Positions 58,670-64,000 of a stretch of 64,000 bases of DNA are shown here, one piece after another; the first letter of the stretch is position 1, and each line of letters opens with the position of its first letter. Source of the stretch: Minisyncoccia bacterium. Its GTDB lineage: Bacteria > Patescibacteriota > Minisyncoccia > Phycocordibacterales > CALRBL01. The stretch covers positions 114,667-178,666 of the forward strand of contig JBBRNV010000001.1 in assembly GCA_038230075.1 (NCBI GenBank), in the 5' to 3' direction. The translations under genes and the position numbers were made by a program. The notes beneath the pieces are model-generated. The model did no database searches. It worked only from the letters and a program-made list of their open reading frames with translations, and was not told the DNA's origin.

Positions 58670-59635
58670 TCAGAGAACGTATCGAACGAAGACAAAACTG
58701 AGTATAAAAATAGTCAAAATAAGGAGTAAATATTCGAGCACATTTTGATACACAAATGTCATCAAAAGTGACCACTTCGAAAGAGGGGTTGACTGATAAA
58801 GAAATTTATATTGCATTGTACTTGTAGGAGTGATGATCATTGTTCCAGTTTGTGTACTTCGTAGGCTAGAAGTTGAGTTTCTTAAATTTAAATCGAAAAA
58901 TGACGTGTCAACACCAAATCCATTTTGATCTATAGTATTAAATGTTTTATCTTGACTCGATATTGAGATATTTGAACTAGAAGTAGACGTATCAGTATTT
59001 TGTTTCATAATTTTACTCACAAAAACTGATGCATATGAACCCCAAGAATATTTTCCTGTAGATGGATCTTTTACAAACAATGAGTAAAAGTAGCGAATTC
59101 CATTTTCGACATCAGTATCAAAAAATGTTGTCCCCCTTCCTTCATATACAACAATTCCTTCATCAAGAGGACCTGTAGGGAACCCTGTCGTACTTCGAAG
59201 TATTCGAACAAATGGATTTGGCTGAAGAAATGAAGGTACGAGAGGATACTCATTCAACCTTGGAGGTGTCCACAACAAAAGAACATTGCCGAAAAAGTTA
59301 TATGCATAGAAATCTTTTGCCATGTTTAAACTTTGTCGTATCTGTTCCTCACTTCCTCTTGAAGTTCCTCCTATGGGTGCAGATTGAATAGGTGCTTCAG
59401 GAATTATAGAAGGAGTAGAAGTAGAACTTGTTGCAACAGCTTCGCAATCTGATGGACACGAATCGAATACTTCTCCAGCATCACACATGAGATCGTAATT
59501 ACATTGAACAACATTCAACTGCACATTTATTGAGTTAATATTTCTTGCTTGTGCCGAAACTTGCATTGGTGAATGAAGAAAAAGTAAAAAAAATCCTATT
59601 GTAGTGATTAAAATTGTAGAAAATATTCTACTCAT
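58670..59635 (-). CDS. exported protein with Cys-rich motif, FN3-like domain and C-terminal TM anchor
   Basis: signal peptide, CNYD..CD.GE...SCPSDC, L.W.PP...VYEG....F.D..V..G.RYFY.LF, hydrophobic C-terminus. Confidence 0.75.
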   Translation of the reverse strand: MSRIFSTILITTIGFFLLFLHSPMQVSAQARNINSINVQLNVVQCNYDLMCDAGEVFDSCPSDCEAVATSSTSTPSIIPEAPIQSAPIGGTSRGSEEQIRQSLNMAKDFYAYNFFGNVLLLWTPPRLNEYPLVPSFLQPNPFVRILRSTTGFPTGPLDEGIVVYEGRGTTFFDTDVENGIRYFYSLFVKDPSTGKYSWGSYASVFVSKIMKQNTDTSTSSSNISISSQDKTFNTIDQNGFGVDTSFFDLNLRNSTSSLRSTQTGTMIITPTSTMQYKFLYQSTPLSKWSLLMTFVYQNVLEYLLLILTIFILSFVFVRYVL

Positions 59636-60390
59636 GGAGCAATTGCAGTTACAATAACTGTTGCCTGATAATTTGCCGCATCCTGAATTTTTGAACTTCC
59701 AACTCCTGCAACAAAACGAACGGTTGTAGTTGCTCCAATAGGATAATTGGCAGCAACAACCGAACTAATCAGTCTATCAGTGGTACTTAATCCATCATAA
59801 CAAGTGTTGGTATTATTTCCTGACCCTGTATTACATGCAGATCCGTTATCTTTATATCTTGAAACGATATCATTTCCTTCGGGTGAAAAACCGAATGTCG
59901 AAGATGCGGCACCAACAGTAAATGCGTAGTCGGGCGAAGCGCCTGTCGGAACATAATCAGCAAAACTAGAATTTGTCGTAGTTGCCTTAAGTGATGGAGA
60001 CGAAGTTGAACGAATATACAACGAATATCCTACTGGATCATTTGTTGAAACATTCCACGAAGCGGTTCCTGATGCTTGGTTTGCTCCAATACCACTAATC
60101 GATGAGAGAGTAAGGTTTGGGGCCACGGAAATTGCAATAAAATAAGTATCGTTCTGCTGATATCCGGCACTAATTGAATAATTGGTACTTGAAGAATCAC
60201 CAGTCGAAAGCTCTCCTAGCGTATCTTCGGTTCCGTAATTTGTACTTGAAGAAATGACTCCTCCTGAGTTTATTGAATCGAAGTTAATACTATAATTTGA
60301 GCTTTGCATTACCTGCGCATACGAAGCGTACATCGTTGAAAGATATACCGTAGCACACATTATACATATTGCTTGGATAAGAAACTTCAT
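59632..60390 (-). CDS. exported pilin/WxL-like subunit, paralogue of 61472-62131
   Basis: signal peptide, SSTNY repeats, W.V.TN...GY.LY.R, terminal Y.ATV.VTAIA. Confidence 0.72.
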   Translation of the reverse strand: MKFLIQAICIMCATVYLSTMYASYAQVMQSSNYSINFDSINSGGVISSSTNYGTEDTLGELSTGDSSSTNYSISAGYQQNDTYFIAISVAPNLTLSSISGIGANQASGTASWNVSTNDPVGYSLYIRSTSSPSLKATTTNSSFADYVPTGASPDYAFTVGAASSTFGFSPEGNDIVSRYKDNGSACNTGSGNNTNTCYDGLSTTDRLISSVVAANYPIGATTTVRFVAGVGSSKIQDAANYQATVIVTAIAP

Positions 60391-60406
60391 TTTTTAATTG
60401 TGTAAA

Positions 60407-61384
60407 TTACTTTCGTCTGATGTCAAAGTTTCTGAAAACGTATCTAAATATAACCAACATGAGAATGATCAGAATAAATATCGCGAGCAAGATTTTCCAT
60501 GGAATAACAACAAAGGTAATTGTTTTTGAATCAATTTCATCTTTATGACCTGGGTTATTATATGCTTTATGTAATTCTAAATGAGCTCGATAAATACCGA
60601 AGAGCCCTGATCCATCAATGTTTACTTGCCGATATCGTTTTGATTGAGGAAGAGAATAGTATGCATCAATAGGAGCACTTGCTACCGTTTTACCAAAAAT
60701 ATTGTTAACGGTTACTTGTCCGTATGGTGCGAGGTGTACATTTCCTGTGTTTGAAAACATTGTTTCAAAGCCGAAAGTTCCTGGTTCGTAAATAAAATGA
60801 TGTGGAGTGATTCTAAAGTCTTCTACCTTTCCTTCTTCTTTTGCTTCTCCGTTAACTCGAATAAAAAGAAGTGAGCCTGCACGGGAAACCGCATGAGTCG
60901 TTGCCCCTTCACTTCCACCCTTCGCTTGCCCTATCTCATTTGAAACAATAATAGAAGTGTAAAAACCACCAGGTGCCGCGTCTGCAGGAACTTTAATCGT
61001 TACGGGAATAGTTATTCTCTCACCAAATTTTAAATTAAATTGAGTAACTTCAGGAATGATACTGTCTCGAATTGAAAGAGGGTTTTTATCTGCTCCCATC
61101 AGTTGAATAGGGTTATCAATTTGATCAGTACCACCAAAGTCTTCAAGGTCAATTTTAAAGGTCGTAGGCTCTGTCACACGGCTTGTGACAGTTATTTCTT
61201 TAGTAACAGTCTCTCCTGGGTTAATAAAGATTTCTTGTCGAGCAGGACCAACCACAAAGTCTTGTAAAGGGTCTACTTTTCCCATATTAAAAATAGTAAC
61301 TGCTTGAGTAAATTGAGGAATCAAAAACGCACCAAGTAGTAATAGAGAAATGCGCCTTGATGCGCCGTAGCCAATTGATTTCAT
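60407..61384 (-). CDS. membrane-anchored two-Ig-domain protein (DUF916/DUF3324, WxL-interacting-like)
   Basis: signal peptide, V.P...E..I.PGE, I.VP.DA.PGG.Y, F.NTGNVH..P.G.V, C-terminal TM + basic tail. Confidence 0.72.
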   Translation of the reverse strand: MKSIGYGASRRISLLLLGAFLIPQFTQAVTIFNMGKVDPLQDFVVGPARQEIFINPGETVTKEITVTSRVTEPTTFKIDLEDFGGTDQIDNPIQLMGADKNPLSIRDSIIPEVTQFNLKFGERITIPVTIKVPADAAPGGFYTSIIVSNEIGQAKGGSEGATTHAVSRAGSLLFIRVNGEAKEEGKVEDFRITPHHFIYEPGTFGFETMFSNTGNVHLAPYGQVTVNNIFGKTVASAPIDAYYSLPQSKRYRQVNIDGSGLFGIYRAHLELHKAYNNPGHKDEIDSKTITFVVIPWKILLAIFILIILMLVIFRYVFRNFDIRRK

Positions 61385-61414
61385 ATTGCTTCAATTGTAC
61401 ATGAGTATTATTAA

Positions 61415-61452
61415 TAAAACAAAAGATCTCCTTGTGGAGATCTTTTGTTTTA
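61415..61452. terminator. intrinsic terminator after the putative major subunit
   Basis: TAAAACAAAAGATCTCC-TTGT-GGAGATCTTTTGTTTTA. Confidence 0.8.
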
Positions 61453-61471
61453 TGCTTGACTAGTAGCTTTT

Positions 61472-62131
61472 TTATTGTGCGATAGCGGTAGCAGTAATTG
61501 TTGCGTTATATGTTCCTGATGGAATATAGATTCCTTTCTGCTCAACTGCGTAACAAACTGTTGCTGTTTCTCCAGCTGTTGTAGTAGTTGCCGTTGATGA
61601 GGCGATTGCTCTATCAGTAGTTTTAAAGTTTTGATATTTAAGAGTCGTACTTGGATCATTTCCGGTACCTCCTGAACACACTGCTCCGGTTCCCCATGTT
61701 GCTGTTGGAACTTTTGTTCCAAAAGCAGAGTATCCAAATACTGCAGTTCCTGCACCTGGATTCCATAATTCTGGAACATCAGTACCTCCTGGTGCATAGT
61801 TTGCAATTGATGACGTTGCGCTATTCATAGCTGGTGTAGAACTTGCCCGAACATAGAGAATGTATCCTCCTCCGGCATTTGTTCGAACTGTCCATGAAGA
61901 TGTTGCAACTGCAGTATTTGCAACCGAGTCAAGATTTCGACTCATTGTTGTATTTGTTGCTGCTGTGATTGTGATGTCTGAAAGCACTGTTAATGTAACA
62001 ACGATAGTGTTAGAAGCGCTTGTTGCTGCTGCAATTGCAGTATCGACCTGAAGAGATTGATATGCAAACGGACTAAGTATTGTTAGTACTAATGCGAAAG
62101 CAACAATTTCATAAAACTTTCTTAAATTCAT
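61472..62131 (-). CDS. exported pilin/WxL-like subunit (putative major subunit)
   Basis: signal peptide, alternating N-terminal strand NTIVVTLTV, Cys pair, terminal SGTYNATITATAIAQ. Confidence 0.75.
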   Translation of the reverse strand: MNLRKFYEIVAFALVLTILSPFAYQSLQVDTAIAAATSASNTIVVTLTVLSDITITAATNTTMSRNLDSVANTAVATSSWTVRTNAGGGYILYVRASSTPAMNSATSSIANYAPGGTDVPELWNPGAGTAVFGYSAFGTKVPTATWGTGAVCSGGTGNDPSTTLKYQNFKTTDRAIASSTATTTTAGETATVCYAVEQKGIYIPSGTYNATITATAIAQ

Positions 62132-62227
62132 AAATAATGATTACAGACAACTAATAATTTTTCTTAAATACTTTTACGTATGAAAATAGTATACCACTCT
62201 TTACGTTTAGAATGATTTTGAAATAAG

Positions 62228-63430
62228 CTATTCTGTGGATAACTTCTTTAAGATATCTATTGTTTTTATAATATCTTTTTTTGTTGTTTCTCTTCCCATT
62301 GAAAATCGTATTGATGAACTTGCACATTCTTTTTTTCCAATCGCTTCAAGTACATATGACGAAGAATCTTCATTCAAATTTTGACAACTACTCACCGCAG
62401 AACAAGAAACATTATGAACATCAAGAGAAATAACTAGAAATTCTGAATCTCTTCCCTTAAAACAAACATTGAGTATATTTGGTAGCATATTCGGGCCATT
62501 TTCTCCGTTTATTTCAACATGTTTGATATTTGTTTTTACTTCTTCGATAAAAAAATCTTTCAAGGTTTGCATTCGAACAGATTCGGTGCTTTTGAGAGAA
62601 ATGGCTATAGATAACGCTTCAGCAAAGCCTATAACTAAAGGAATATTCTCAGTTCCAGGTCGTAATCCTGCTTCCTGCCCACCTCCAAACAGTATTGGCT
62701 GAAGTGTGGTTGTTCGTTTTTTAAAAAGCATTCCAACACCTCTTGGGCCATACATCTTCATTCCATCAAGTGTCATAAGATCTAATCCCAAACTCTGTAC
62801 TGAAATATCGAGGTAACATGTTACCTGACTAGCATCAGTATGTAGATATGGAAAATCAGTTAGTGTTCTTTTGTGTTCGTGTTTAAAATTTCTGATAAAC
62901 TTTGCAAGTTCTTTTACAGGTTGAATTGTTCCGATTTCATTATTCGCAAGCATTATTGTCACAAGTATTGTTTCAGCGGTGAGAGCTTGGGCAACATCTT
63001 TTGCCGAAACGAATCCTTTTTCATTTGGAGCAACATGCGTTACTCGACCACCCTTCATTTCAATTTCTTTTAATACATTTCGAACTGATGAATGTTCAAT
63101 AGATGATGCAACAATGTGTGGTGTTTGTATTCCTCTTTTTTTTGCTTCTTCAAAAACTCCGAGAAGTGCAATATTATTTGCTTCTGTTCCACCTGAAGTA
63201 AAAATAATCGTATCAGGTGTTGTGTGTAAAAGATCAGCAACTTTTTTTCGAGATTGATCGAGTACAATTTTTGCCTCCACTCCTTCTTGAGAAAGCGACG
63301 AGGGATTACCAACATAATTAACTAAATAAGGCTGCATTACCTTAAAGACCCGCTTATCGAGTGGTGTGACTGAAGCGTAATCAAGATAAATCCTTTTTCT
63401 ACCAAACATAGATTGTAAGCCCTTATACAT
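62228..63430 (-). CDS. cysteine desulfurase (IscS/NifS type)
   Basis: IYLDYAS.TP, FTSGGTEANN, ANNEIG.IQP, HTDA.Q, K.YGPRG.G, S..S.C. Confidence 0.93.
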   Translation of the reverse strand: MYKGLQSMFGRKRIYLDYASVTPLDKRVFKVMQPYLVNYVGNPSSLSQEGVEAKIVLDQSRKKVADLLHTTPDTIIFTSGGTEANNIALLGVFEEAKKRGIQTPHIVASSIEHSSVRNVLKEIEMKGGRVTHVAPNEKGFVSAKDVAQALTAETILVTIMLANNEIGTIQPVKELAKFIRNFKHEHKRTLTDFPYLHTDASQVTCYLDISVQSLGLDLMTLDGMKMYGPRGVGMLFKKRTTTLQPILFGGGQEAGLRPGTENIPLVIGFAEALSIAISLKSTESVRMQTLKDFFIEEVKTNIKHVEINGENGPNMLPNILNVCFKGRDSEFLVISLDVHNVSCSAVSSCQNLNEDSSSYVLEAIGKKECASSSIRFSMGRETTKKDIIKTIDILKKLSTE

Positions 63431-63539
63431 AACAATATGCTAACATATTTTAGCAATATGGCTAAAAATCAAGCTATCTTTGAGCTTTAAGCCTTGCAAA
63501 ACCTTGATTTTCGTTATATTGTGAAATTCCAACATCCTC

Positions 63540-64000
63540 ATGTCTCAATCTAAAACATCACAAACAAATAGCTCAGTTCCCCGCCCACCAGTTGTCGTTA
63601 TTCTTGGTCATATCGACCACGGAAAATCAACTCTGCTCGATTACATTAGAAGCTCAAATATTGTAGACAAAGAAGTAGGAGGAATCACTCAGCGAATGTC
63701 AGCCTATGAAGTGATTCACAAGACATCAGACAATAAAGAACAAAAAATAACCTTTATCGACACACCAGGTCATGAAGCCTTTCAAGAACTTCGAGGACAA
63801 GGAGCAAAAGTGGCAGACGTTGGCGTTCTTGTCGTATCAGCTGAAGACGGAGTAAAACCTCAAACGCTTGATGCGTATAAAGCAGTGGTAGCAGCAAAAA
63901 TTCCTTTCATTGTGGCAATTAATAAAGTTGATAAACCAGCAGCAAATGTTGAAAAAACAAAACAAAGTTTGGCTGAAAGTGAAATATTAGTAGAAAGCTA
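63540..64000 (+). CDS. infB: translation initiation factor IF-2, 3'-partial, with no long N-terminal domain (not in the ORF track)
   Basis: hand translation: [34 protein letters not shown]...GGITQ...[10 protein letters not shown]...INKVD. Confidence 0.95.
   Translation, partial: MSQSKTSQTNSSVPRPPVVVILGHIDHGKSTLLDYIRSSNIVDKEVGGITQRMSAYEVIHKTSDNKEQKITFIDTPGHEAFQELRGQGAKVADVGVLVVSAEDGVKPQTLDAYKAVVAAKIPFIVAINKVDKPAANVEKTKQSLAESEILVES

Noticed and set aside
1-64000. Alternative genetic code (UGA=Gly, as in Gracilibacteria/Absconditabacteria)
   Set aside because: Conserved genes are full length under code 11 with no in-frame TGA breaks

Overview
AT-rich window from a small-genome bacterium, most consistent with Candidatus Patescibacteria (CPR, Parcubacteria-like). 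The evidence is a compact GluRS and IF-2, a split dcw cluster, many apparently leaderless genes, and Ser/Thr-rich exported proteins. Most of it is housekeeping: cell wall/division (mraY, ftsW, murG, mraZ-rsmH-ftsL-ftsI, murB, HTH-murA, two S11 peptidases), translation (gltX, cysS, lysS, serS, rpmA, rplI, rplU, rpmG, infB, four tRNAs) and DNA metabolism (dnaB, recR, rmuC, dprA, topA, parB), plus clpB. The main finds are: (1) an 11.4-kb five-gene cell-surface locus (50722-62131) that reads like a donor-strand pilus with no usher or sortase in view, beside a 2626-aa phage-fibre-like adhesin; (2) four intergenic palindromes whose arms are unrelated to each other but enclose a shared core (ATTYCGCA...CGARGAC); (3) self-contained GC-richer orphan genes inserted between core genes, one fused head-to-head with a decapitated esterase; (4) an XRE-MurA fusion facing murB across a palindromic site. 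All product calls come from motif recognition by eye; no database searches were run.
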